DNA of 63,642 nt, filler included, from Choristocarpus tenellus KU-1152 (Eukaryota > Protista > Phaeophyceae), in the NCBI GenBank assembly GCA_964200185.2. It is 13 parts of 13 records of this genome, joined end to end, with 100 filler letters (N's around TTAATTAATTAA, not from the genome) between each part and the next. Parts side by side here need not be neighbours in the genome. Positions count along the whole stretch, not along the records: positions 36,766 to 40,774 come from CAXNAD020016686.1; positions 40,875 to 47,054 come from CAXNAD020008749.1; positions 47,155 to 50,495 come from CAXNAD020020696.1; 10 more parts are not named here. One strand, written 5' to 3'. The position numbers and the translations under genes were made by a program. Of this stretch, positions 37,712-50,425 are shown one piece after another. The notes under the pieces are model-generated. The model saw nothing but the letters and a program-made list of their open reading frames with translations. It had not been told where the DNA came from and did no database searches. The first letter of the stretch is position 1. The number at the start of each line of letters is the position of its first letter.

Positions 37712-37885
37712 GGCTCAAAAGTATCTGGGGGGTGGCAGCTGTCCATTTGGTGTCAATTTTTTAATGCCCCAATTTTTGGGTGATTTGGTTGCATATGTCG
37801 GATGGATAATGTAAGTGCACTTTTCCTGATTTTGACCCAAATGGACACCCTGCTATAGACCCCCTGCCCCCAGATACGTTTGGCC
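37712..37885. mobile_element. MITE family B copy
   Basis: ggctcaaaagtatctgggg...cagatacgtttggcc. A partial inverted copy follows at ~38230-38348. Confidence 0.85.
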
Positions 37886-39254
37886 AAACACCTGTAATCC
37901 TTTGTTTCATCTTAACACCCTGTTAATGTACGCTACTCCTACTGTCTGGTGATGTTGCTAGGATTAGCCACAATTGTATAATTGGAATACTGATATTTAG
38001 TGATATTTACCTTGTACGTCTCTGCAAGGTATACACCCACCATGTGACAATCGTTGAAGAATGACAAACAGCCGTGATTGAAGAAACATATTTGAGACCA
38101 GTCATTTTCAAAAGGCCTATTTTGGATAAGGGTGTTTAAAAAACACTATTTGTGGTGATCCGGGTCCAACAGAGGGGCTTAACCAGTCCAACAGCTTGAA
38201 GACGTCCTATTGGATCTTAGCCACCGAAATCAGGAAATGTGCATTTACAGTATCCATCCGACGTATGCCTCCAAATCACCCAAAAATAGCGACATGAAAA
38301 ATCAACCCTAAACGGAGAGCCGCCACCCCCTTACAGATACTTTGAGCCTGAGAAGGATTGATGCAACCCAAGAGGTTGTGTAGGGTGCGGGTGGGGTTCT
38401 GAAGGGTAGTGCAAGTGCATGTAATCGTTGGCACTCTACAGTGTATACTTTTCCTGACCAGCTTAAATAGTTGGGAGATACGTGGTGCCTAAGATATACA
38501 TGGCAAGCCCTGAACCTTGAGTAGTTGCTACAGAAGGTAGGAAGGAATACACTGGCTGAACAGGTTTGATTTGGCAGGAGTCAACGAAATTGAGACAAGT
38601 GTGATTGGAAGGTGCAACATGTATGTAAGTGTTGTCCTGGTTTTGTGTCAGGAGTACAATCTCTCTAGTGCTCTTTGAAGAAGGGTCAAACAGACACTCA
38701 CATGGATGAAAGGAACGTTAGATAATGTTAAGAAATTTGGTATTGTCCACTGACACCCACAGATAGTTAGAGGAGGGATAAAGCTCGGATTTCAAAAACG
38801 TTTGTTTCATGGGGTCACATTTCATAGCCTCATCACATCTATGACACCCACACTCCCCACCATCACCAGCACTTCATGGCATAATATTGTTTTTGTACAT
38901 ATTTTGAGTTGATTTAGCAGGGGAATGTTATGTTTGAGTACTGTGGTCACTTCAAAAGTCTACGTGTTACCCCAAGACCCCACAACTACATCAACTTTAC
39001 TTTTGCATAGTCATGCATGAATGCCCTTCCAGCACACGTCCCTATCCATGGTCTGTGCTACATCTACGAACTTCCCATCCTCCCATAAAGATGACACACG
39101 GGGTTTGAAAGAGCCCCGTTGCAAGTGTGGGGGTAGTTCAGCCTGCTGGTGATGTGGGACAGTGGAACACACGGTCAGAGAGCAGATGGAGGAAGTAGGA
39201 TGTGAAGAGATTGTTACGTTCGAGGTTTCATGAGGGCTCCCAATAACTGGTACG

Positions 39255-39374
39255 GACATTGAAGCTTACATCAAGCCACTTAAGTGGTGACTTGAAATGG
39301 GGTCAAACTTTCCAAGCCTGACTAAACTTGCCTGCTTCATCTTGGGTGTTCTAAGTAGCTCTGGCGATATTGCA
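39255..39374 (+). pseudogene. hAT transposase C-terminal dimerisation domain remnant
   Basis: PLKW*LEMGSNFPSLTKLACFILGVLSSSGDI versus the consensus PL.WW.....FP.L.KLA..IL.VP.SS..IER. Confidence 0.75.
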
Positions 39375-41187
39375 ACCTCATGACGGAACAGGCTGGACCC
39401 AGATAATTCACAGGTCTTTATCTTCCTTCAACACACCTGGATGAAGGTGGGTGTGTGGGAGGCTGCCAAGACTGGGAAGAGAAAGGATATCACCAGGAGA
39501 CCGAGGTAGGAATATGCCGTCACACATACATACATCAACAGAAGTGATGTAACATCTGATGCCATCCTCTTGACAACTCTTTGATCTCTTCTCCCAAACA
39601 AACACACACACATTTATATGATAGATGTGGAAGTCATGACTTTAAATGTGTATGTTGTGGTAGAAAAGTGTAAGCGACTAAAAGTATCTCGGAAATACTT
39701 CATCTCTGACCAGGTCTCTCACCAGTTGAGGAGTCTTTTGCATTGCTGCCCTGCATGCTGGTTGGCAATGCAGCCATGCTAAGCTCGCTTTGCCCCATGT
39801 GCTTTTCACGCAATACAATTCAAATACCTGTGGATTACATGGATGGCACATGTGTCCAAACAACACTAGTAGGGTAAGATATGTTGGTGGCTCTCTAAGA
39901 GCACAATTTTCAAGGTGGCAGAATGTTTGTACTTGAAAAGAAACGAAAGACTTGAAAAGAATGTATATGCTGACACGAAAAACTTTGGAATACGTGACGA
40001 CCCCAATCCAGCATCCATTTGTAAATTCCAGATAATATGTAACCTAGGAGAGAAAATATGATGGGACAGGCTCTCTTTAGTTCCTTGAAATTTTATGAAT
40101 ACTTATGATCATATAAATTAACATATCTTATTTGCTGCTCAAATACAACTTCACTTCTTGAGGGACATTTTATGTACAGACTGGACCTCAGTTGTGAATC
40201 CTCTCGGAGACGATCAACGTTGTCAACGATATCCACGGATAGCAGTAGTATAGACCATGTCTTGAACAAGTCAACGAGAGGTAAGCCGGATTGCATTTCA
40301 AGGACAATACAAATACATGCTCAAAATTCGACATATTTTGTATTAATGTGTGTAGGGACTTTTCTGCATTCTGTTGGAAACTTCCAACCAACAGATAAAC
40401 CAACGCTTTAAGCCATCTTAGTGCTTCATCCATAGAAATCAGGGTGGATTGCAAACGATAAAACACTTCTTTTGGATGTAAAACGCCCCACACCTGACTT
40501 CCTCTTATATTGGGCTTCCAACTATACGTATTTATACACAACACTTTCATATCATCATTCACATCCCCTAGGTCATGCCATTTATCCAGATATCGCAGCA
40601 ATCATCTATCGAGGAAGAATGTGAAGTCCAGCTCCGTGTAATTCAAGTTTGTTCTTGTGTCGAAACTACGCAGAGTATGCCACCTGGGAGATGGGTGCTA
40701 AGAGGTGGATTACGGCGAGTGGTACATGCGAGCACCACCAAACAGGGGATGCTCAATAATAAATGGTAGTTCCTNNNNNNNNNNNNNNNNNNNNNNNNNN
40801 NNNNNNNNNNNNNNNNNNTTAATTAATTAANNNNNNNNNNNNNNNNNNNNNNNNNNNNNNNNNNNNNNNNNNNNCCGATCCAAAAAAAGTAAAAATCGAA
40901 AAAAGGGTGAAAAACGGACGCCAACACCCCCCCCCCCCCATATACTTTGACCGCCACCAGATTTTTCTTTCTGGAATCTTAACTTTTCTCTTCTAGGATT
41001 CAGTTTCAGAATGCCATTACTGTGTATTTCTGTTTCTTTTTTTTCGTTTTTGTTCTTCCTATTGGTGGTTTCGTTTTGTTCTATTTTAAGCATGTGAGAT
41101 ATAGCGACTGCAACAAAGCTGTGTTTAACCGTCATCAGGGACGAAAAAATGTTGTGCTTCCCTTTTTTTGTTAGTAAAAAAGGACAA

Positions 41188-41377
41188 GGCTCAAAGTATC
41201 TGGGGAGGGGGGGGGGTGGCGGCTGTCCATTTGGAGGCAATTTTTTCATGTCGCGTTTTTTGGGTGATTTGGTTGCATATGTCGAATGGATAATGTAAAT
41301 GCACTTTTTCTGATTTTGGCCAAATTGACACCCTAGTGTAGACCCCCCCCACCCCCCACCCCCAGATACTTTGGGTC
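41188..41377. mobile_element. MITE family B copy
   Basis: ggctcaaagtatctgggg...cagatactttgggtc; caa on both flanks. Confidence 0.9.
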
Positions 41378-41637
41378 CAAATGAGATGAAATGCTCTTTA
41401 GCAATGTACCTTAGCAATCTTTCCTCCCACGACTCCACAGGTTAGTAGTGCTCCCCCAGGGAAAAAAAAATGGTAACAGTTTCGCAGGTCAGTGAAAGAC
41501 AAGCGCAAGGGGTGATTTGCATCCAGAAGGAAGGGAACAGCCCTGACTCACACAGCTCAACGAGCCCCACACTAAGCACACCTTAGGATGAACACACGTG
41601 GACACGGGACCACCCTGTTGGTACACAAGCTGTGCAC

Positions 41638-44600
41638 TCACTCTCCGGTTACCTGTTCACGGACGAGGAAGTCATGCTTGATTCTCATCTCATCCAGCTT
41701 GAACTGCATTTTTTTCGCCTCAGTCTTCCCATGCTCAAAGTCCAAAACAAGCAAATCACTGCAGGGAGGATATTGGAGTGTGAAGGGGGGTCAGATACAG
41801 AGATCCTCTGCGGCTCACCAAACTGTAGTTGAGAGTACATTACACCTCAACAAGGGAGAGCATAGCTAGGAGACTTATTATGAAGCTTTTGTTTGTGGGC
41901 ACTGTCTTGTTTCATCACGCTTGACACATCTCGAGCCATCTTACCAGTTGGCAAAACCTTGACTCTGCTTCAGGCTGGTCACTTCTGAATGCAGAGTGTC
42001 CCTGTCCTTCTTGGCTCGAGTGAGGTGGTCACGCTGTTGATTGAGTCTCTCATCGAGCTCTGACAACTGTTGTTTGTGGTGTTAGGGTCAGGGTTATGAC
42101 AGGGGCTGTATGTGTGAATGATATTTTATTCCTGCAAGAGTCTGTGTAGCGTAAGCTCATCTCCTCTGTGAACACAAAGAACGTAGCAAGCACTGCTCGA
42201 CCCCCTGTTTAGCCCTGCACCCAATTAAGGAGATATGAACTAGTGCTCTCTTGAGGGGTGGAAGGTACCTGTCATGTGGTTTCTTCGGTTCAACAATGAA
42301 AAAAATAATCGACAACACTTCTGAGAAAGCTTTTAACATGTTGAAGCTTCATTGCATCTAACTACATCCAACCAGTGCTGCCCCCCACCTGGTCATGGAC
42401 GATGGCGTTCTTGGACGCCACAAACTGAAATTTCTCCCTGGTGTGGGTCAGCACCTTTGTGGTATTAAGATTGCAAAGAGGTTTAGGGGTGGTGCACTGG
42501 TCAATCTACAGACAACGATTCGATCTGGCAACCATGTCTCAAAGAGGTTGATGAAGTGGGGAAACAAACAAAAGCATATGTGGTAGAATTTGAGTTGGCA
42601 TTAGTTTCATGGTTGAAGGAAAGCATGGCGACTTGTCAATGGCACAAACACAGGAGCATAAAGACCCAAAGACTATGAGAGAGAGAGAGAGAGAGAGAGA
42701 GGTACTACCCAGGGTTGAGTTTTAAGGATGCTGACAATAAACCTGCAAGATTCGGCTTGTTGTACCAATGTTTATAGAGGGACTTCTTTAGTCCTGAACC
42801 CTGTAAAAGCACTTTCAAGCAGTGGAGAATTCACCACTCTCGAGTCAATCTTAGCACTTCATCCAAAGAAATGAGAGTGACTTAAATGAGATGCAAAAGA
42901 GCGGCTCAAAAACGAGAAATGGCCAAAACCTGCGTACCTCTCGTTTGCTCTCGCTCAAACATGTGTATCAGAAACTTGTGTAGACAATTTACAGAGAGGC
43001 CAAGTCCCAGAACAACAAAAGTAAACCCCACACCTGACCTGCACCGTAGTAGTGTTCTTCTTCCTCAACTTGAGCAACTCCTCATTTCGCTCCTCAATCT
43101 TCTCATTGAGGGTCTGATTCTCAATCTTGAGTTGCTCGAAGTCGATCAGGTGGAGCCTGGTTTGAGCACAGTCAGTGTAAGAATTTTCAGCGGTTGGAGT
43201 GTTTTCGGGGTTTTTTTCCTCCTCTCTTGTTGACTGGTCTTAGTGGGGTCCTAGAAAACTGAAGTAGATTGATTTCAGTTGCACTTTTCTTACAGTGCAT
43301 GAAGTCAGGAAAGCGAGAAGAGCAACAAGCTGTCCAATAATAATGACTCTCAGTATCAATTTTTTAAGTATAGACTAGTAGTATTTGCAGTAGAGCTCTA
43401 ATGTACCACCCCTGCTTGAGTTCTCACCGTGAGTATATGTCAGGGTTAGGACTAGGGTTAGGAAAGGTCATGCATGCGCACACACAGTCAAAGTAAGTAA
43501 GAGGTAGCCAGAGTTGCAGTTTAGGGATGTTGACAAATATGTGTAAAATTCAACTCCTTTTGCAAGCGCGTATGAGATATTTTCTGAATTGTGTCGAAAG
43601 GTTTTTCAAACAATAGGGGAATCAACTTTCTTGAGTCAAACTTTGGCTCACATCAACAGGCGAGTTGCGCCTTCAAGATGCAATCCTAGAGTCATGAATT
43701 TCAAGCTGGTTGCATCATTTCACGGAAGTGCTACTAGTTGGGTGAGCACACCGTCCAGCACAGGTGAACAAATCATGTACCTCTGAAATTCCTGAGTGAC
43801 AACAGCATTAACACAATTGCTACATTTGCAATACTAATTAGATCAACACAGTAATCCACCCTTATGCTCATATATATATATATATATATATATTAGTGTA
43901 CATTTCACGTTTGAATAAGTCAACAGACTGCATTAACCCTCCAGTCTCCCCCACCCCCCCTCAAACTTAGAAGATTTGAGTTAGGGAAAGGGTTAGAGTT
44001 AGGACTCTGCTGCATCTTTTTTCTTGTCTACCTTACCCTTCTGCAAGCTGCTCCTTGGCTCGAAGATTATTTTCCAGTTTTTTGAGATTCATCCGTAAGT
44101 TGATATTTTTTAGCCTCACCTGTTGCCATGTACATAGATTGTACATTATAGATTGAGCGGAATGCTGGGTTTGAGACAGGAAGGAGGACTGCGGAGATGT
44201 ACCGCATTTTGTCATCATATAGTTATCAGCATCAGCACAGATGCGCAAACCTGTTGAGCATATAGACTTCAATAATAAAATAATAACAAATATTGAAGAC
44301 TGTAAGTAAGTGGTAGAGATTAATACTTACACCAAGGCAAAAATTACTCAGACAAGCCTTTTGCAGCTTTCCATCTGTTCATTCCATACGCGATACTTGC
44401 AAATCTTATCATTTATTATTCAAGTGTGACCGCTCGTATGGTTTTAACTTATAGTTACATAAGGCACAACTAAGTTTCGTACCTTCTCGATATCCTCATC
44501 CTTCTTGGCCTCGGTGGACTCAAATTGTGTGATAACTCCTTTTGGTATTGCTTTACCCGTTCGGCTATTTTCCGCAGTCCTCGCAATCTGCACAATGAGG

Positions 44601-46823
44601 CGGGAGACACAAACATGCCTGCTTAGAAAATTGACATTTCGAAATCGACATCCTGTTAGTATACTCTTTACTTGACCACGAATCAGTTAGTATACTCATT
44701 TCCTGTTTGCTCTGACCAAGTCATTGTTCCTCGATGTTGATCGTGCTGATAGCAGTCATAGTGGCTACGAGAGCGGATTGGCTTCACATTTACACCCCTC
44801 CCTTTCCTTGGAAACATATTAAACTAAAGACGGGCATCTCTCCTTCTTACCCATCCGATGAACGAGTGAAAGTATCTTAGGGTTAGGGTAGAGCCGTGTC
44901 CGTTTGGGGGACAAAATCCAATGTTGCGATTTGGATGTAATTTTGGCTATTGTGTTTGTTAGGAAGTGTCAATATCAATGTTCCAAACACACCATTTCAT
45001 AACGTATACATTTTACCTACTCCAAAACATTTCGGATTAGGAAAGTGTCATAAAAAACCCCATGGGAAGCCCAGCCCCAAATGGACAAACAGGACAAAAC
45101 CCTAACCCTCTAAGTTACTTTCACTCAAACCATTGATTTGTGTGTCTCACCCCTTCACTCCATACCAACCTATTGCTTCCAAAGCAAAGGAAGGTTATGC
45201 CCACGTACTGATACTTCCTATTATCTGACTCAGGTGTACTACCCAAGGATTGAAGAAGTATTTTGGAAGTAGAGGAGGTTTGTGTTAGTCTCTGATTTTG
45301 TGATTCCCCGTGGAGGGTTACCTGTTTATTTTTTTTGTTATCATTTATGAACATGAACAAGCAACGTGGGACTCATCAGAGAGCTAGCTCTACGCACGAG
45401 TATGGTCCTGTCATACTTCACTGCTTTCAACTGCCCTCTGTGGCATGTTGCCAGAGGGATCTCCAGGCATCAAATGCTTTGTCCTTGTAACATTGAGGCG
45501 ATAGGGGGACATGAATGAGAGGAAACGTTTGAACCAATGGGATAGTGTGGATGTTGTTTTTAAGCCAATAGGATGCATTTGCCCTGTGACAGCCCCTAAT
45601 CCTTCATTTTTTTTTTTCTAATACTGTGGACATTAACCGGTCCCTATCTAGACATCACATATAACATTTACAATTGACATCAAATTATAGACCTTAGTTT
45701 ATTCCAAAAACCACGCAAGTGTGGGGGAGTATATATAGCCCCAGTTGGCGCAGGCTGCCAATTTTAAAGCCAGATTGGAGATTACCACTGACAGAAGATA
45801 TCTATCACAGCTTTCCCCCCTGCTGCTGGTCAAAAACGTTGGCACCTAGTACCCCTGCATCCAGGGCCAGCGTCATTCACAAGTTCAAGGGTGAGTGGGG
45901 AGTCAATAGACAACAAACAGGCAATAGGATTGACCCTGCTGCTTGGTTGATGGGTGCCACTATCCATAATCAAAGGGTGGGCCACAATTCTGTAACGGGA
46001 GTAAGAAGAGACTACACAACCTATGCATGGAAAAGCTTAACATATCGGAGGATTCGAGGAACTCTTATGCAGGGTATAACTTCTGTACTGGAAAGGGGAG
46101 GAACCGAGGGGGGAGCCTGGACTTGGGTACTGTGTCCAGGTCACGATTTGCCTCCAGTACAAGTGTCGAGCCCTCCAGGATACATGCTATTGTTGTGGGA
46201 ACGAGTGCTGTACCAGGTAAGAGTCAGTGCACTATTGCGTTTATCAGACACAGTAAAAACAAGAGGTCTACCTCACCCCAGCACATTCCCTTTGAGCAGC
46301 AAATAGCAAGAAAACATAGAAATATCCCGATTAGTCACATATAGAACATACTACCATGGTATGATGCACTGCAAAAGTGTCACCCCAACAGGTAACATTA
46401 TCTTTGATTTGAATTTGTCCGATGCTCTTGTAATTCGATGAAAAAGAGCTTCATCTCATACCCAGCATCCCCTCTTCCACAAGCAAAAGACATGCGAGTA
46501 TGTATATATATACATACTTGAAATAAGTGTCCCCGAAAACTTTTTGCACTTGGCAGGGTCCTTCACCAGCCCGGAGGTCACGAGCAGCGCACACCCCGCA
46601 CAAGCCCTGGTCAAATGGCCACACCACTGTCGACTCCTTTCAAGCAAATCGACTAATTTACTGCAGACCTCAACAGCTCCAAGTATTTTTCTGTTTACTT
46701 CGCTACTCCACCTATGCGTACCTCACGTTTGAAGTCTCGGAAAGAGTTGGTGATTTCTCTAGCCTTGTACTCCTTCTCATCCAGGCGTGTCTGTAGCTCG
46801 ATGGCAATCTTGTCATACTCCAT
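41638..46823 (-). CDS. CCDC96: Cilia/flagella-associated coiled-coil protein CCDC96/CFAP184 (DUF4201), 3' part (exons 46823-46722, 44587-44483, 44119-44037, 43156-43039, 42454-42389, 42066-41945, 41758-41638)
   Basis: Spliced product FRDFKRE|IARTAENSRTGKAIP...|VRLKNINL...KEQLAEG|LHLIDFEQLKIENQTLNEKIEERNEELLKLRKKNTTTVQ|VLTHTREKFQFV. All junctions are GT-AG and in phase. The 5' end is lost at the spacer, and a further 3' exon after 41653 is possible. Confidence 0.9.
42663..42956. mobile_element. MITE family C copy in a CCDC96 intron, with a (GA)n expansion inside the left TIR
   Basis: gacccaaaga...(ga)n gaggtac...ccaaaacctgcgtacctctcgtttgctctcgctc. Confidence 0.75.
44864..45126. mobile_element. 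MITE family A copy in a CCDC96 intron
   Basis: TIRs; flanks gaac/aaac; TTAGGG/CCCTAA units in both ends. Confidence 0.9.
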
Positions 46824-47154
46824 CTGGCAGCCAAGGAACGATGACAACAATAAACAAAAAAAGACCAAATCCAAGGGGAGTTGAGGCACCGAGCATGTGA
46901 GCGACATTCCCTTCTGATGCTGGATGTCCATATATAAAGAAGTTCAATCCGTGGTGGAATACTGAGCACTAGGTGCCTTATTAAATCACCGCCAACTCAT
47001 CTCATCAAAATTCTGGTAAGATCATTGGGCTCAGACCCAAAGTATCTGGGGGGGNNNNNNNNNNNNNNNNNNNNNNNNNNNNNNNNNNNNNNNNNNNNTT
47101 AATTAATTAANNNNNNNNNNNNNNNNNNNNNNNNNNNNNNNNNNNNNNNNNNNN

Positions 47155-47347
47155 GGGTTCTTTTATGACATTTTTCGTACTCAAATGTGTTTAGGACCAG
47201 GTAAAGTGTATATGTTATGAAAAGGTGTCTGGAACATGGATATTGACACTTGCTAACAAACACGATAGTTAAAATTTTATCAAAATCGCAACATTGGATT
47301 TTGGCCCCCAAATGGACGCGACTCTACCCTCTAAGATACTTTGGCTC
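47155..47347. mobile_element. MITE family A partial copy at a contig start
   Basis: Ends in ctctaccctctaagatactttggctc. Confidence 0.85.
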
Positions 47348-48893
47348 TGGATGAAGTGTCTCTGTGTCCTCAATATTTCTGGCCCACCCCCCACAACACA
47401 CGCCATATGCCATATTAATGTACAATCTTTCTTTTGCCGTGGTTTGTCTAGTCTCACACTCCTACCATCCTGCCCTGCCCTCTGTTTGGCGCTTTTGGCC
47501 TTTTGCAAGTTCCTTGCATACTGGTTTGAGTTGTGGTCCAACTATATTGAGGGAAAGGGGAGTGTGTCGGGATCGCCATGGTGGGAGATGAAAGAGTAAG
47601 TCTTGTGAGGGCAAGCAGTTTCTTTCCAGTACTTCAGTAGGGGCATGAGGCAGCCAACGTTCACTGTGTGCGGTTGTGCCTTTATTTATGGTTAGAGACC
47701 CTTTAACTTCTTATTCTGACCTTCCCAGCTGGTGTTTGTGTATTTCGGGTCCTCTGTGTTTGGATTGACCCATAGACAGAGAGTAGGCTGGAGTGTTTTA
47801 AACTTGGTAATATTTGGAAGAAAATGTAATGATCTGTTGTTTGGACTACTTGGCTGAGGGGGGTACATCCTGCAACACAGGATGACGATTATTCCTTTCT
47901 TACACTGTTGTCTGTAGTGTTGAGCCTAGTGTTTGGTAGCTCGGGTGGATTTGCTCTACTAGTTGGAAGTGCACAAAGGGAAGATGATGATTTTGAGTTT
48001 TGTCGTTTGTTCATACACCCGAACTAGAGCCCCATTATTGTGATGCCCTCCATTTTTTTCTGTAATATTCCTCTGTTTTTTAGACTGATGTAGTGATGGT
48101 GAGGGTGGAAGGCATCAGTGATAGAGTAAGACACTATGAGGAAGCGAGTTTTCTCCTCTGTTAGAGAGGGTACCATATATTGTCCATACTAGCCAATTAT
48201 TCATTTTCCCTCTTGGGTGTGTTACGCTGTATAAGTAAGCATAGTTGCCCATTGATTGAGATGAATACCACAATTTGTAGTTTTGGGGATAGTAGTAGTG
48301 CAATAGGCCACGTTTTAGAGCAATCTGGATCTTGTTTGATGAGCAACTACCACCACCTCTATAGTGAATAGGAGCTGGCATATTTACATTCCCTCAAGGA
48401 CACTCACTATTGCTACTGGGTGCAGTGGATAGAATTTTGTTTGTGCTGGAGGATTGGTACAAGTCTGATTTTACGCACTTTCCTACGTATGCACACAAGA
48501 GAAAAAAGTCCTAGCAGGACACCTGATACTGGCTGTTGTGCTACTCACATGCCATCGTTCAGCACTCTCTCCGTTACGTGTGAGTGATGGATTAATACAC
48601 ACCCCCTGATGAAACGGACCATTTCTCCTGCCTGCTTATTGATTTGGACTACAGGCTGTCTCCAGTCAGGATAGCATTTAGCTAAAAGAGCAGAGTCAGG
48701 CACAATCTTTTCTGTTGTTACAGATTGTTAGTTCTTCCTCGAATTTTCACTTCCACCTAGTGGATGCTGTGTACTGTCAAAACGCAGGGCAAGCAGTTAT
48801 TTGTAGACATAAAACCATATGTTCTAACTAAGAAACACGCAGCCAAACACTGACTACTTTCCACGTACCCTTATAATATACTGCATTATGTGT

Positions 48894-49639
48894 ATCGTGT
48901 GATTCTGTGGCGGCGTGGTTCACTCAGGCAAGGGTGGTGAAGAGAATCACAGGGCAAGACGGACCACACGAACAAGGACAAACCGTAACCGAGGGTACGA
49001 GGTTTAAGGTTGGACAAGTGCAAGAACTGAGGAGAGCCATTGTCCAACATGAATCAAGACACAATAGTCACCGGTATTCGTAATGTCCAGGAAGTCTTGC
49101 TCATCTTTGCTAAGGACCAGTCTGTTCATCAACTTTAATGAAAGCTCACGTTGCCACCATAACATAATACAGTAGCAACAGAAGAGGGCGATCGGAATGT
49201 GCTTCAATCCAGAGTTATTCGCAACATTCATACTGAAGTACAGATAGCCATGCTGTGGGTGCAGATCCATACGTGGATAACATCGACTCAGAGTACTTCG
49301 GTATCAGTGCTGCGAATAACTCTGGATTGAAGCACATTCCGATCGCACTCTTCCGTTACTACTGTATTATGTTATGGTGGCAACATGTGCTTTCATTAAA
49401 GTTGATGAACAGACTGGTCCTTACCAAAGATGAGCAAGACTTCGTGGACATTATGAATACTGGTGACTATTGTGTCCCGATTCATGTTGGACAATGGCTC
49501 TCCTCAGTTTTTGCACTTGTTCAACCTTAACCTCGTACCCTCGGTTACGGTTTGTCCTTGTTCGTGTGGTCCGTCTTGCCCTGTGATTCTCTTCACCACC
49601 CTTGCCTGAGTGAACCACGCCGCCACAGAATCACACGAT
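48894..49639. repeat. Long near-perfect inverted repeat (arms 48894-49241 and 49293-49639, 51-nt loop) containing a partiti-like virus capsid fragment
   Basis: The arms are reverse complements (outer ~110 bp identical, inner ~230 bp with about 17 substitutions by eye). ORFs 49004-49270 (-) and 49255-49530 (+) encode nearly the same peptide. The structure is certain; the viral identity is motif recognition only. Confidence 0.9.
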
Positions 49640-50134
49640 TCACAATTGTGATGTTATTAATTAAATCTGATATATATTTTATATCGGAACATTTGGAATT
49701 AAATGCAGTGTAAGTTTTGTTACCTCTATTCTCGACCAGGAATGACCCACAAGATAATCCCTCTCCACCAGGCTTAGTTCTCATATAGACTAGGAGGCGT
49801 GCAAAGTTTGAGATGGTGGACTGTCGTGACTGTGGAGGACACTGGTATAAAGTCGGCCAAATTACACTTGACTGGGTTCAAAAACCTCGGGAAACCGTCA
49901 AAGTGGGTGTGTATGGGGATGCCTACTATGAAGACCCCCTGCCGTTTGAGTGGCTCACTCATCCTGTCGTTGCCTGTAGGTCCTAATTCTTTGGCCCAGA
50001 AGTCTGTCCAGAGTCCAGACTCAAACATTCCAACGAAAAACAGCTTTTGGTGGTGCGATCCCATTGTTACACAACACATCTTTCTGTAGATGGGCGGTGA
50101 AAGCTGGGGTCTCCCTTGCCTTGTCGTCGGATCT

Positions 50135-50425
50135 GTGCAAGCGAGAGAAGGTGAAGGTCAATCAGTGGATTAAGTCAGTCCTCTCACACCAGCAGAAAGT
50201 CAACAGGGTGGGTTTCGTCATCAGCCAAACACACAGGAGGGGGGGAAGTGGGGTATTAGTGGACGATCTGTATGACTGGGTGTATGTGGACGAGAAGTGG
50301 TTTTACATGCTCATAGATGGGCAAGGTGTGTACCTGCACCCCACCGAGGACCCCCCCAACCCCCCACAGGCATATGATTAGTGTTATAATACGAAGGTGG
50401 TGTTTCTGCAGCTGTAGCCTACTGT
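50135..50425 (+). pseudogene. Tc1/mariner (DD39D-type) transposase remnant
   Basis: IKSVLSHQQKVNRVGF...DDLYDWVYVDEKWFYM....GVYLHPTEDPP...TKVVFL matches VHIDEKWFY...YL...E..P...KVMFL. Confidence 0.85.

Noticed and set aside
40093-40700. 137-aa minus-strand ORF as a gene
   Set aside because: It has an upstream in-frame stop, no recognisable domain and no convincing splice partners, so it was left uncalled.
45719-46344. 195-aa intronic ORF, with a Cys/His-rich motif in another frame
   Set aside because: It is antisense within a CCDC96 intron, and the Cys/His frame is broken by stops. Probably TE debris that cannot be classified by eye.
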